Shown: positions 8,076 through 17,726 of the stretch, piece after piece
Numbering within the stretch: position 1 is the stretch's first letter
Layout: each line of letters opens with the position of its first letter
Source of the DNA: an uncultured Arcobacteraceae bacterium
GTDB lineage: Bacteria > Campylobacterota > Campylobacteria > Campylobacterales > Arcobacteraceae
Direction: 5' to 3'
Length of the DNA: 64,000 nucleotides
Assembly: GCA_964022095.1 (NCBI GenBank)
Contig: CAXHZO010000005.1
Coordinates: 32,001 to 96,000 of the forward strand
Program-made: the position numbers and the translations under genes
The notes under the pieces: model-generated
Told to the model about the DNA's origin: nothing
Seen by the model: the letters and a program-made list of their open reading frames with translations, nothing else
Databases searched by the model: none

Positions 8076-10853
8076 TTGAATAGTTTAATTACAAATAATC
8101 AATCAACAAACTTTTATAATCAATTAACCCAATTACTAAATCAGTGTGATAGTTTTATATTTAATGTAGCATTTATAAACTATAGCGGAGTGCAATTACT
8201 TCTTGATAGTTTAGAAAGTTTAAACAGCAAAAATATAAAAGGTAAAATACTAACTTCAACCTATCTATCTTTTACTCAACCAAAAGCCTTAGAAAAATTA
8301 AAAGAGTATAAAAATATTGAATTAAAAATCTTTGATTGTGATAGCCAAAATATGGGTTTTCACTCAAAATCATATATTTTTGAATGTAAAAATGACTATA
8401 AAATTATAGTTGGCTCTTCAAATATAACTGCAAGTGCCTTTAAAACAAATATAGAATGGAATGTAAAAACAATAAATAATAAAGAAGACTCCTTTGTAAA
8501 ATCTATTATTAGTGAATTTACAAAATTGTGGGATAAATCAATTTATGTAGATGATGAGTTTATTGAAAAATACAATAGTTTTTATAAGGATATAAAAAAA
8601 AGTAGCAAAAGTTTTAGTTTTAATAAAAGTGTAAAAACAAACTTTATGCAAGAAAATGCTTTAAAAAACTTAAGTAATTTAAGAAAAAAGAATCAATCAA
8701 AAGCTTTAGTAATAGCTGCAACAGGTAGTGGAAAAACATATTTAAGTGCCTTTGATATTAAACAGTTTAAGGCAAAAAGCGTGCTTTTTTTGGTTCATAG
8801 AGAAAATATTTTGATTTCTGCAAAAAAGAGTTTTGAATCGATAATAAATGATAAAACAATGGGTTTATATACAGGAAATAAAAAGCAATTAAATAGTGAT
8901 TATATCTTTTCTACAATTCAAACTATGAGTCAAAATTATGAAACTTTTGATAAAAAAGAGTTTGATTATATAGTAATAGATGAAGCCCATCATGTTACAA
9001 GTCCTAGTTATAAAAAAGTAGTAGAGTTTTTTACTCCAAAATTCTTATTGGGTTTAACGGCAACTACAAATAGAACAGATGGTGAGAGTATATATGAAGT
9101 ATTTGATGAAAATATTGCTTGTGATATCAGATTAAATGATGCATTAGAGCATAAGTTGGTAACGCCATTTCACTATTTTGGTATAAATGATATAAGTGTA
9201 GATTTACAAGAATTAGATTTAACAAAAATTGATGAACTTGCAAGGGTTTTACAAGTAAATAGAAGAGTAGATTTTATACTTGAAAAAATGAATCACTACA
9301 GTTTTAGTGGTACAAAAAGAAAAGCATTAGCTTTTTGTGTATCAAAAGAGCATGCAAAATACATGAGTGAAAAGTTTAATGAAAAAGGTATAAACAGTCT
9401 TTATCTCACTAGTGAAGAATCAATTCAATACAGAGAAGAATCAATTATAAAACTTCAAGATGAAAATGAAACTTTAGAGGTTATATTTAGTGTTGATATA
9501 TTTAATGAAGGTGTAGATATTCCATCAGTAAATACCGTTTTAATGTTAAGGCCAACAAACTCATCAATTGTTTTTGCTCAGCAGTTAGGTAGAGGATTAA
9601 GAAAATATAAGAATAAAGAGTTTTTAACGGTTTTAGATTTTATTGGTAATCATACAAAAGCTTACTTAGTTGTTTTAGCATTAATTGGGGATAAAAAAAT
9701 TGATAAAGAGAGTTTAAAAATCTCAATAGCTAATAACTTTGCAAATATTTCAAATGCATTTATTAATTTAGATGAAATCACTAAAAAAAGAGTGTTAGAA
9801 CAAATTAATAGTGAAAACTTTAGTGCAATAAAATATTTGAAAGAACAGTATTTAGAATTTAAGATATTTTTAGAAAATAAAACTCCAAAAATGGTAGATT
9901 ATTTTAAGTATGATGAATTTATTGATCCTATGAATTTTATTAAACACTCAAAATCATATATAGAGTTTTTAGCAAAAGTAGAGAAAAATGAAAAATTCAA
10001 AACTATAATAAAAGATGAACTTTTTTTAAAGGCAATTAGGTTTATTGAATATTTGCTTCCAATAAAAAGAGTTTATGAGTTTGTTGTTTTAAAAGAGCTG
10101 TTATTTCATAATAGTATAAATTTAAATGAGATTAAAATCAAATTAGAAAAATACTTAGACTTTGTTGATGAAAAAACAATAGAACACTGTTTTAAATATT
10201 TAGCATTTGAGTTTTTTGATAGTGGACAAAAAAATAGATATTTAAAACTTGTAAATCTAGAAAAACAAAAAATTATAAGAACAAAAGAGTTTGAATTACT
10301 ACTTTTAAATAATGAGTATAAAGCTATCTTTGAAGATAGTATAAGTTATGGTTTACTTCACTATGAGCAAAAGTTTTCTTTTAAAAACTATGGAATGCCA
10401 TTTTTAAAACTATATGAAAAATATAATATGCTAAATATTGCTCAGTTGTGTAATTTTCCTAAAATACATAGCTCTTTTAGGGGAAGTGGATTTTTAAAAT
10501 ATGAAAATGACTTCTTTTTATTTATCAATTTAAATAAAGAAAAGTTTTCAAAATCTTCCCACTATGAAAATGCATTTTTATCAAAAGATACATTTACTTA
10601 TCAAAGTAAACCTAGCATGAGTAAAGATAAAGGTGATGGTCAAAGGTTATGTAAAAATAAAGAATATGGGGTGAAATTACATATTTTTGTAAGAAAGTTT
10701 GTTCAAGTTGATAAAATAACGCAAGGTTTTATTTATTTGGGATTAGCAAATTGTATTAAATATTGGGACGATAAACCTATTTTCATTCACTTAAAATTAG
10801 AAAATGAATTAAGTGATGAGTTATATGAAGAGTTTACTAAAGTAGTTGATTAG
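8076..10853 (+). CDS. PLD(HKD)-nuclease / SF2 DEAH helicase / probable DUF3427 fusion
   Basis: FHSKSY...GSSNIT (PLD), ATGSGKT, IDEAHH, FNEGVDIP, QQLGRGLR; C-terminal Y.N.F...TFTYQS...LHIFVRK...FIYLG. Confidence 0.88.
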   Translation: MNSLITNNQSTNFYNQLTQLLNQCDSFIFNVAFINYSGVQLLLDSLESLNSKNIKGKILTSTYLSFTQPKALEKLKEYKNIELKIFDCDSQNMGFHSKSYIFECKNDYKIIVGSSNITASAFKTNIEWNVKTINNKEDSFVKSIISEFTKLWDKSIYVDDEFIEKYNSFYKDIKKSSKSFSFNKSVKTNFMQENALKNLSNLRKKNQSKALVIAATGSGKTYLSAFDIKQFKAKSVLFLVHRENILISAKKSFESIINDKTMGLYTGNKKQLNSDYIFSTIQTMSQNYETFDKKEFDYIVIDEAHHVTSPSYKKVVEFFTPKFLLGLTATTNRTDGESIYEVFDENIACDIRLNDALEHKLVTPFHYFGINDISVDLQELDLTKIDELARVLQVNRRVDFILEKMNHYSFSGTKRKALAFCVSKEHAKYMSEKFNEKGINSLYLTSEESIQYREESIIKLQDENETLEVIFSVDIFNEGVDIPSVNTVLMLRPTNSSIVFAQQLGRGLRKYKNKEFLTVLDFIGNHTKAYLVVLALIGDKKIDKESLKISIANNFANISNAFINLDEITKKRVLEQINSENFSAIKYLKEQYLEFKIFLENKTPKMVDYFKYDEFIDPMNFIKHSKSYIEFLAKVEKNEKFKTIIKDELFLKAIRFIEYLLPIKRVYEFVVLKELLFHNSINLNEIKIKLEKYLDFVDEKTIEHCFKYLAFEFFDSGQKNRYLKLVNLEKQKIIRTKEFELLLLNNEYKAIFEDSISYGLLHYEQKFSFKNYGMPFLKLYEKYNMLNIAQLCNFPKIHSSFRGSGFLKYENDFFLFINLNKEKFSKSSHYENAFLSKDTFTYQSKPSMSKDKGDGQRLCKNKEYGVKLHIFVRKFVQVDKITQGFIYLGLANCIKYWDDKPIFIHLKLENELSDELYEEFTKVVD

Positions 10854-10854
10854 T

Positions 10855-11052
10855 TTATGTTTTTAGTTGGATATTATTATCTTTATCTACATAAAAAGGA
10901 ATGTTGTTTTTTTCTAAAAGATTTGTCATTGTAAGTAGCTCTTTTGATAAATAAAAATCTGATATATTATTTTTTTTGTAGAATATATTTTTCTTTTCAT
11001 TATAATTAAAATAAAGTAGTTTAATTTCTTTAACATCAATAGACATAATCAC
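10855..11052 (-). CDS. small hypothetical protein
   Basis: 65-aa ORF; SD GGGAG before in-frame ATG at 11046; upstream -10 TATGAT. Confidence 0.6.
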   Translation of the reverse strand: MIMSIDVKEIKLLYFNYNEKKNIFYKKNNISDFYLSKELLTMTNLLEKNNIPFYVDKDNNIQLKT

Positions 11053-11107
11053 TCCCTTTTTAAAATCATATCTAAAGAGTGTCTCAGAAATTGCTCAATT
11101 TTTTATT

Positions 11108-12088
11108 TTATAAAAATACTCCATTTACTATATAGTACCTAATCAAGTAAAAAGAGCATATTAGGGTAAATAATAATATAAATATATTAGACAGTTTGTA
11201 TAAATAAGGAATTTCTTTATTTATGAAATATTTTGTAAAAAAGTTTGAAATACCAAAAAATACACCAAAAAATAGTGAAATCCAGACAAAATAACCTATA
11301 TAATTGTACTCTTTTTGAAGCATACAAAAAGGACATTGGTGTGTTGGAAGTTCATAAATATAGGTAGAGAAAAAGTATGTAACTGCATAATAAGCTATAT
11401 ATAAAAACATTAATGATGAGATAAAACTTACTATGGCTTTTTTCTGTATATTTGAAATCAATATTAATACAAATAGTAAGTAAAACAATATTAAAAGAGA
11501 TAAAATTGATAAATCAAAGGGGATTTTACTTCCTATACTATTTACTCCAAAAATCACAGAACAACACATTACTGGAGTTTGTGTTGAGATATTTGTTAAA
11601 TATAATATATCTAGAATAATCTCTATTGTAATTAAAATAAATAATGCAACAAATAAAAGATATTTTTTCTTTGTATAAGGATAAGTTTTTGCTTTTAGAT
11701 CAAGGGAATTTATAATAAGCCAAACCCCTATAATAAATATGATAAAGACTTTTAATGCCAGATTTACCTCTCCATATTCATTTGCACCCACTATTCCAGC
11801 AGCACACATAGCCCCAGGAACAATATTAGATAACAAGTCTAAGCTATAAGTAAAATAAGGAAATAGTATTAGTTTGACTATTAATACAAAAGATATTATT
11901 AATATTACAAGGTAAGATCTTTTTTCTAATTTATATTGTAATGAAGTAGTTTTATTAAAATCCCAATTTTTTAAAATCCCAATTGAATTATAAAAAGCAA
12001 TAGCAAGTAAAGCATAAAGTACAAACTGTGAAAATAAATATATGATTATATTATTTGATAATAAAATACTACTCACAGATTTTTCCAT
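11108..12088 (-). CDS. polytopic membrane protein with Cys/His motifs
   Basis: About 8 hydrophobic segments; GAMCAAG, VMCCS, PTHQCPFC; true start may be GTG at 12076. Confidence 0.8.
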   Translation of the reverse strand: MEKSVSSILLSNNIIIYLFSQFVLYALLAIAFYNSIGILKNWDFNKTTSLQYKLEKRSYLVILIISFVLIVKLILFPYFTYSLDLLSNIVPGAMCAAGIVGANEYGEVNLALKVFIIFIIGVWLIINSLDLKAKTYPYTKKKYLLFVALFILITIEIILDILYLTNISTQTPVMCCSVIFGVNSIGSKIPFDLSILSLLILFYLLFVLILISNIQKKAIVSFISSLMFLYIAYYAVTYFFSTYIYELPTHQCPFCMLQKEYNYIGYFVWISLFFGVFFGISNFFTKYFINKEIPYLYKLSNIFILLFTLICSFYLIRYYIVNGVFL

Positions 12089-12740
12089 CTTTTATATTTA
12101 TTATATTATCAACAAAATCTAAATTATCAAAAATTGGATCATGGGTTGCTACAATTATTGTTTTATTCAATTTTTTCAAATCTTTTAATACTTCTATAAA
12201 TTTTTTTGAGTTTTCTAAATCTAAGTTTGCAGTTGGTTCATCGCATAAAATAATATCAGGATTATTTACTAGTGCTCTTGCTATTGCACATCTTTGTTTC
12301 TCTCCACCTGATAAGTTATATACTAGTTCATTTTTTTTATGTGAGATGTTTGCTAATTGTAACGCTCTTTGTACTTTTTCATTTAATTGTCTTGTAGTAT
12401 AGTTTTGAGTAACAAGTGGTATAGATACATTTTGTTGTACATTTAATTCATTAAATAAATTGTATGATTGAAAAATAAATCCTATTTTATTTGCTCTAAA
12501 GTTTGAAGCATGAATATCTGGAAGCTTAGCTATTGATTCTTTATTAATAATCAATTCTCCACTTGTAGGTTTACTAAGTGTTGCTAGTATTGCTAATAGT
12601 GTTGATTTTCCACTACCACTAATACCTTTTAAAATTACGCAAGAGTTTGCTTTGACTTCAAGATTAATATTTTTTAAAGCATGAAACTCATTTTTTTTAT
12701 TTTCATTAAATATTTTATTTAAATTTACAATTTTTATCAT
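12069..12740 (-). CDS. LolD/MacB-type ABC transporter ATP-binding protein
   Basis: GISGSGKST, LSGGEKQR, ILCDEPTANLD, ATHD. Confidence 0.93.
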   Translation of the reverse strand: MIKIVNLNKIFNENKKNEFHALKNINLEVKANSCVILKGISGSGKSTLLAILATLSKPTSGELIINKESIAKLPDIHASNFRANKIGFIFQSYNLFNELNVQQNVSIPLVTQNYTTRQLNEKVQRALQLANISHKKNELVYNLSGGEKQRCAIARALVNNPDIILCDEPTANLDLENSKKFIEVLKDLKKLNKTIIVATHDPIFDNLDFVDNIINIKDGKICE

Positions 12741-13915
12741 TTCATACTCTCACTTGCATCAATAATACTTGTCTTCCAAACAGGAATTAAAACAGCACTA
12801 ATAAATGGAATTATAAAAAATAAAAACAACATAGTAATAGTTGTAAAATCAATATTTGGAATAAAACTAACACTATTTTCAAGATTTTGAAACCCTAAGA
12901 AAATTGAACTTAATAGTGGAGCATTTAGAATAAAAACAAAAACAAATGCAATTATTACACCAATTAAAAATGCAAAAACACCAACTGTTAGATTTTCTAG
13001 CATTTTCAATTTTATAATATCTTTTATGCTCCAACCAACTGCTTTTAAAATACCTATTTCTTTTTTATCACTAGAGTTTATCATCGAGTATCTTTGGTAC
13101 AAAATTAAAATAAATGTAAACATAACACTTATAAAAATAGTTAAAAAGAAACCACCTTTGTAGTTAAACATATTTTCATATGCTTTTCTTATGTCATCTT
13201 TTTGAATTATTCTTATATTTGATTCTTTTAGTATTAATTCTGTTTTTATATTTTCTCTTTCAAGTTCATTTGGGACATTTAAAACGATATCTGTTGCCAT
13301 ATCTTCGTTAATATTTAGAATCTCTTTTGCTAAACTTATATCCATAATTATTAAATCATTTGCAATTAAATTAAACTCTTCTGGAAGAGTTTTAAATACT
13401 TTTATCTTTTTTGTATCTAGATTTTCAAGTCTAAAGACAAACTCATTTTTATAGTGATATTTATCAAAAATCTTTTTTACACCATTGCCTATAATCATAG
13501 AATCATTTTCTAAAAAAATTGATATATCAAGTTTATCTAATAGTTTTTGTAACTCTTTATTTGTGTTTTTCTCAAAAAGATCAATTCCAACAATTGTAAA
13601 GCTTACATCAGCAAATTTAAAATGGTATTGCCCGTATACTCTTTGTTGTGTTTGTGTAACTCCATTTATTGAAGAGAATTTATCAATCCATGATATTGGA
13701 ATATCAACAACTTTTCCAGCATTTAGTCTTTGAATTGTGAAATCTGCTTGGGAATCAAGGGTTGAATAAATCTCTTTTTTTAAACTAGTAGAAATAAACA
13801 TTACTGAACTGATTAAAAATACAATAGCTATAGAGATAAAAAATATTGCTAAATGTTTTGATTTATGTTTTATTAAAAGTAAAAATAGAAAATTAAAAAA
13901 GATACTATTTTTCAT
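12737..13915 (-). CDS. FtsX/MacB-family ABC permease
   Basis: One N-terminal TM, large periplasmic domain, KEIGILKAVGWS, three C-terminal TMs. Confidence 0.9.
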   Translation of the reverse strand: MKNSIFFNFLFLLLIKHKSKHLAIFFISIAIVFLISSVMFISTSLKKEIYSTLDSQADFTIQRLNAGKVVDIPISWIDKFSSINGVTQTQQRVYGQYHFKFADVSFTIVGIDLFEKNTNKELQKLLDKLDISIFLENDSMIIGNGVKKIFDKYHYKNEFVFRLENLDTKKIKVFKTLPEEFNLIANDLIIMDISLAKEILNINEDMATDIVLNVPNELERENIKTELILKESNIRIIQKDDIRKAYENMFNYKGGFFLTIFISVMFTFILILYQRYSMINSSDKKEIGILKAVGWSIKDIIKLKMLENLTVGVFAFLIGVIIAFVFVFILNAPLLSSIFLGFQNLENSVSFIPNIDFTTITMLFLFFIIPFISAVLIPVWKTSIIDASESMK

Positions 13916-14153
13916 ACACAAAATCCATATAACTAATATCTTTTTGACCTATAAATACAGTCTGAGAAGAATCTTTATACTCTTTTATTTTTGCTTCCCA
14001 AAAAGATGTTGAGTATGATATGTTAGGTAGTTTTGTTACGTTACTAATTAAAGATATATTACTATTTTGTTTTGTATAAAAAAATATAAAAAAACAAAAT
14101 ACTAAAATTAAAAAAACAAAACTAGAAATAAATGTTTTTGATAAAGTAGTAAT
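13905..14153 (-). CDS. 82-aa membrane-anchored protein with apparent ATT start (not in ORF track)
   Basis: SD AGGAG 6 nt before ATT; frame open to TAG at 13905-13907, overlapping the permease start; (M)TTLSKTFISSFVFLILVFCFFIFFY...YMDFVYEK. Confidence 0.65.
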   Translation of the reverse strand: MTTLSKTFISSFVFLILVFCFFIFFYTKQNSNISLISNVTKLPNISYSTSFWEAKIKEYKDSSQTVFIGQKDISYMDFVYEK

Positions 14154-14211
14154 TTTAAACTCCTATTTTAAGTATATGTATTTTATCTAGGAAGTATTAA
14201 TCTTTCGTTAA

Positions 14212-14559
14212 TTAGTTTTTCTTTCCATACTCTATTTTCTCACCATTTTTGTCAACTAAAGGGTATTTTATTTCATTTAATATCATTTTATCAAAAATCG
14301 CTTTTTCTAAATCTATATCGAGTTTTATGCACATTCTTATTAGGTAAATTGCAATATCAGCAATTTCTTGTTTTGCATGTTCTTTTTTATCATTATCTAA
14401 ATTAGCTGCTTGCTCTAGGTTTAGCCATTGAAAAATTTCTACTAATTCTGATGCTTCAACACTTAAAGCCATAGATAAGTTTTTAGGGTTATGAAACTCT
14501 TCCCAATTTCTCTCATTTGAGAAATTTAAAATTCTTTCTTTTATTTTTTCAATATTCAT
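14212..14559 (-). CDS. MazG-like nucleotide pyrophosphohydrolase
   Basis: ERNWEEFHNPKNL, EASELVEIFQW, EIADI, KYP; SD AAGGA before ATG 14559. Confidence 0.9.
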   Translation of the reverse strand: MNIEKIKERILNFSNERNWEEFHNPKNLSMALSVEASELVEIFQWLNLEQAANLDNDKKEHAKQEIADIAIYLIRMCIKLDIDLEKAIFDKMILNEIKYPLVDKNGEKIEYGKKN

Positions 14560-14670
14560 ATGCTTATCCTTTTTTCTCACTAGCGCGTATTATACAGTTA
14601 TTATAAAGGCTCTAATATATAATATATATTAAAAAGTATATAATTGCCCAATTTTTCAGGAGATAAAATC

Positions 14671-15030
14671 ATGCCAAATAAAAATCAAATTTTAGAATTA
14701 AAAGATACTTTAATTCAAAGAAGAGAAACAATCTTATCAAATATCAATAGTAGTAGAGATAGTATTGATGATATTAAAAATCAAGAGATCAATGACGAAC
14801 TAGATTATGCGGAACTAGTTAGTGATTCTTTTACTCAAGGTATGATTGCAAATCATCAAATAGATGAGTTAAAACAAATAGATGAAGCAATTAAAAAAAT
14901 TGCTGATGAAACTTATGGTAAATGTGATATGTGTGGTGTAAACATACCTATTGGAAGGCTAAAAGCTAAACCATTTGCAAAGTTTTGTACAGAGTGTAGA
15001 GAAGTATATGAAAAAGAGAATAAAAATTGA
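14671..15030 (+). CDS. dksA: DksA/TraR C4-type zinc-finger RNA polymerase-binding protein
   Basis: DELDYA coiled-coil tip, YGKCDMCG..IP.GRLKA.PFA.FCTEC; SD AGGAG. Confidence 0.88.
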   Translation: MPNKNQILELKDTLIQRRETILSNINSSRDSIDDIKNQEINDELDYAELVSDSFTQGMIANHQIDELKQIDEAIKKIADETYGKCDMCGVNIPIGRLKAKPFAKFCTECREVYEKENKN

Positions 15031-16025
15031 TACAAAGAGTATATCCAAACAACAAAAAACTACATTTTAATTTTGAACAAAATGAAAATGATTTTTTTGT
15101 TGAAGAACAAGCTATACCTTTTTCAAATAAAGGTAGCTTTTTAATTTTAAAAGTAAAAAAGACAAACTCTGATACTTGGGAATTAATAGATAGACTCGCT
15201 AAGTTTTTAGGTGTTTATACAAATGAGATTGGTTATGCAGGCTTAAAAGATAAGCATGCAACAACTATTCAGTATATATCTATTCCTAAAAAGTATTCAA
15301 AAGAGATTAGAAACTTTAGGCATAAAAAAATAGAAATTTTAGATACTTGCTTGCACTCAAGTAAGTTAAATATTGGTGATTTAAAAGGTAATAGATTTAA
15401 GATTAATTTATTTAATGTTGGTTTTGAAGATTTAAATCATATACAAAAACTTATAAAAAAGATTTCAAAAAAAGGTATGCCTAATTATTTTGGATATCAA
15501 AGATTTGGAAAAGATGCTCAAGAGAATATTTTAAAAGCTAAAGAGATAATATATGAAGATGGGCTAATGAAAGATAGAAAAGTAGAGAAAATGTTAATAT
15601 CTGCATATCAAAGTACTTTTTTTAATGATTGGCTTGTTGAAAGGTTAAAACCATCTTTAGATGAATTTAAATTTTTAGATGGTGACGTTTTCTTCGATAT
15701 TTTAAAAGATAAGCTATTTACTCCTAAAGCAATAAATTCAAAAGTATTACAAGACTTTGAAAATAAAAATATTTCACCAACTGGATTACTTCCTGGTAGA
15801 AAAGTATTTAAAGCTATTGGAAAAGCAAGAGAGATAGAAAGCCAATTTGATGATTCATATATTAAAGAAAAAGGTTACAGAAGGGAAGCGATTGTATTTC
15901 CTAGTAATATAAACTGTTCATATGATAAAGATAAAAAAATGGCTACTTTAGATTTTATTTTGCCAAAAGGATCTTACGCAACAGTATTAATTGAATACCT
16001 TGCAAATAGAAATTTTAATAGCTAA
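15027..16025 (+). CDS. truD: tRNA pseudouridine(13) synthase
   Basis: DFFVEE, GYAGLKDKHA, GNRF, PNYFGYQRFG, LPKGSYAT. Confidence 0.95.
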   Translation: MIQRVYPNNKKLHFNFEQNENDFFVEEQAIPFSNKGSFLILKVKKTNSDTWELIDRLAKFLGVYTNEIGYAGLKDKHATTIQYISIPKKYSKEIRNFRHKKIEILDTCLHSSKLNIGDLKGNRFKINLFNVGFEDLNHIQKLIKKISKKGMPNYFGYQRFGKDAQENILKAKEIIYEDGLMKDRKVEKMLISAYQSTFFNDWLVERLKPSLDEFKFLDGDVFFDILKDKLFTPKAINSKVLQDFENKNISPTGLLPGRKVFKAIGKAREIESQFDDSYIKEKGYRREAIVFPSNINCSYDKDKKMATLDFILPKGSYATVLIEYLANRNFNS

Positions 16026-16039
16026 TTTAGCTATTAAAA

Positions 16040-17020
16040 TTATGGTAGAGTATAAACTTTGTTGTTATAAACTTTGTTATCTAAAACTATAAGTCTCTCT
16101 TGGCTATCAAAATCAAAATCATAAACTTTTTTTGATGTAAAGTCATTATTCAATTTTATAATAAACTCTTGAGATTCAATTGCATATAAAGAATCAGTAT
16201 ATGCTAAAGAGTGAATTTTAGAGTATTTGAATTTTGTTTTTACAATCTCTTCTAAACTTGGAGTTAGTTTTATGATTTGACCATCAATTGTCGCAATAAA
16301 TACTTCTTTGTCATGAACTAAAATATCTCTAAGTTCATAATCTTTTGCAAGTATTTGCTCTGGTGAAATAGATACAATTTTATTAGGAGTTGCAACAACA
16401 AGTGTTTGAAGCTCTTTTATTACACTTAAGTAAATAATATTATTAAACTCACCATCAGGATCAACTGAAATGTTTTTTACAGATTGATTAGTCTTTTTTG
16501 ATACAATAATTACTTTACCATTTAGTGTTGGAAATAGTATTAAATTACCCATAAAATGAGGGTTTGTAACTCTTGTATCATTTGCTAAAGATATAGGTTG
16601 ATACTCTTTAAATAGAGTTTTATTATTTGCCATATCTATTAATTCAACAGTATTATTTGAATATACTAATGCTAATCTATCATCTTTTAGTGAAGCTGCA
16701 ATAACAACATCTCCAATTGTAAGTTCTTCGTCTCCAACTAATATTTTGTCTTTGTAATTAGTTGCAATAACTTTTCCTTGAGCACTTACATTTAAAAAAT
16801 CGAAATTCTCTGGAAGTTTAAATTTACTAATTCCATCTTTTGTAATTATTTGACCATTTTCTAAAGTTGCACCAACTCTATTCATAGATTTAATATCAGC
16901 TGGCAAAGACTCTTTTTCAACTTTTAATTGACCTTCTGTATCTTCTGGTTCAAAATATTTTTTTGTAGAACAACCAGTTAGAAATAGAATTAAAGATAAT
17001 GAAATTAATAGATATTTCAT
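16040..17020 (-). CDS. outer-membrane lipoprotein, probable beta-propeller (BamB/PQQ-like position)
   Basis: Lipobox LTGC; repeated beta-rich units (PTLNGKV, ATIDGQI); follows YfgM-like gene. Confidence 0.7.
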   Translation of the reverse strand: MKYLLISLSLILFLTGCSTKKYFEPEDTEGQLKVEKESLPADIKSMNRVGATLENGQIITKDGISKFKLPENFDFLNVSAQGKVIATNYKDKILVGDEELTIGDVVIAASLKDDRLALVYSNNTVELIDMANNKTLFKEYQPISLANDTRVTNPHFMGNLILFPTLNGKVIIVSKKTNQSVKNISVDPDGEFNNIIYLSVIKELQTLVVATPNKIVSISPEQILAKDYELRDILVHDKEVFIATIDGQIIKLTPSLEEIVKTKFKYSKIHSLAYTDSLYAIESQEFIIKLNNDFTSKKVYDFDFDSQERLIVLDNKVYNNKVYTLP

Positions 17021-17030
17021 AAGTTTTTCC

Positions 17031-17612
17031 TTATTTTGTTACTAAATAGTGATTTAGTAAATTTGCTAAGTCGTTAGCTTTTGATGTTTGAGGAATTAAG
17101 TTTAATGCAGTTTTTGCTTCTTCATATTTCCCCTCATTTGCTAAAAGTAAAGCTTTATTAAAAATGGCGAACTCTTTTAGTAAGAAATCACTCTCCATTG
17201 AAACAGAATTAAGTTGTGATATATTTTTTTCTTTTACAGCTTCTTGATAAGTTGATAACTCTTTTAAAAATGGAACATTAACTTTTACTATTTCACCTTT
17301 TTGTTTTGCTGCTAAATATGTAGCAATATTGTATAGACTTGTATTAGTATCTTTTAATTTTGTTAATGCATCTTTATCTGCAGGGTTTTTTAGTATTTTT
17401 TCAAATGCTAAATTAGCTTCTAATTTATTTGTTTCATCCATATTACTTTTAACAAATAGAGCAATTATAGCGATAACTAAAATAGCAATAAGTCCTAAAA
17501 TTAATGTTTTATATTTTTTGTAAAACCTTTCAACTTTAACAAAACCTTCAAGAAATTTCTCTTCACTGTTTAGTTCTTGTTTTACGTAGTCAACATTCTC
17601 TTTTAAACTCAT
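17031..17612 (-). CDS. YfgM-like membrane-anchored TPR protein
   Basis: Single TM followed by helical TPR-like C-terminus. Confidence 0.7.
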   Translation of the reverse strand: MSLKENVDYVKQELNSEEKFLEGFVKVERFYKKYKTLILGLIAILVIAIIALFVKSNMDETNKLEANLAFEKILKNPADKDALTKLKDTNTSLYNIATYLAAKQKGEIVKVNVPFLKELSTYQEAVKEKNISQLNSVSMESDFLLKEFAIFNKALLLANEGKYEEAKTALNLIPQTSKANDLANLLNHYLVTK

Positions 17613-17726
17613 ATTTTTTTGCCTTTTATTAAATTAGTTGATATGTTACAAAATTTTTTATAAAATCTTACTTTTATAAACTTTTTAGTAGAATATATCT
17701 TTATAAATTCAAGAGGTTATTATTAC

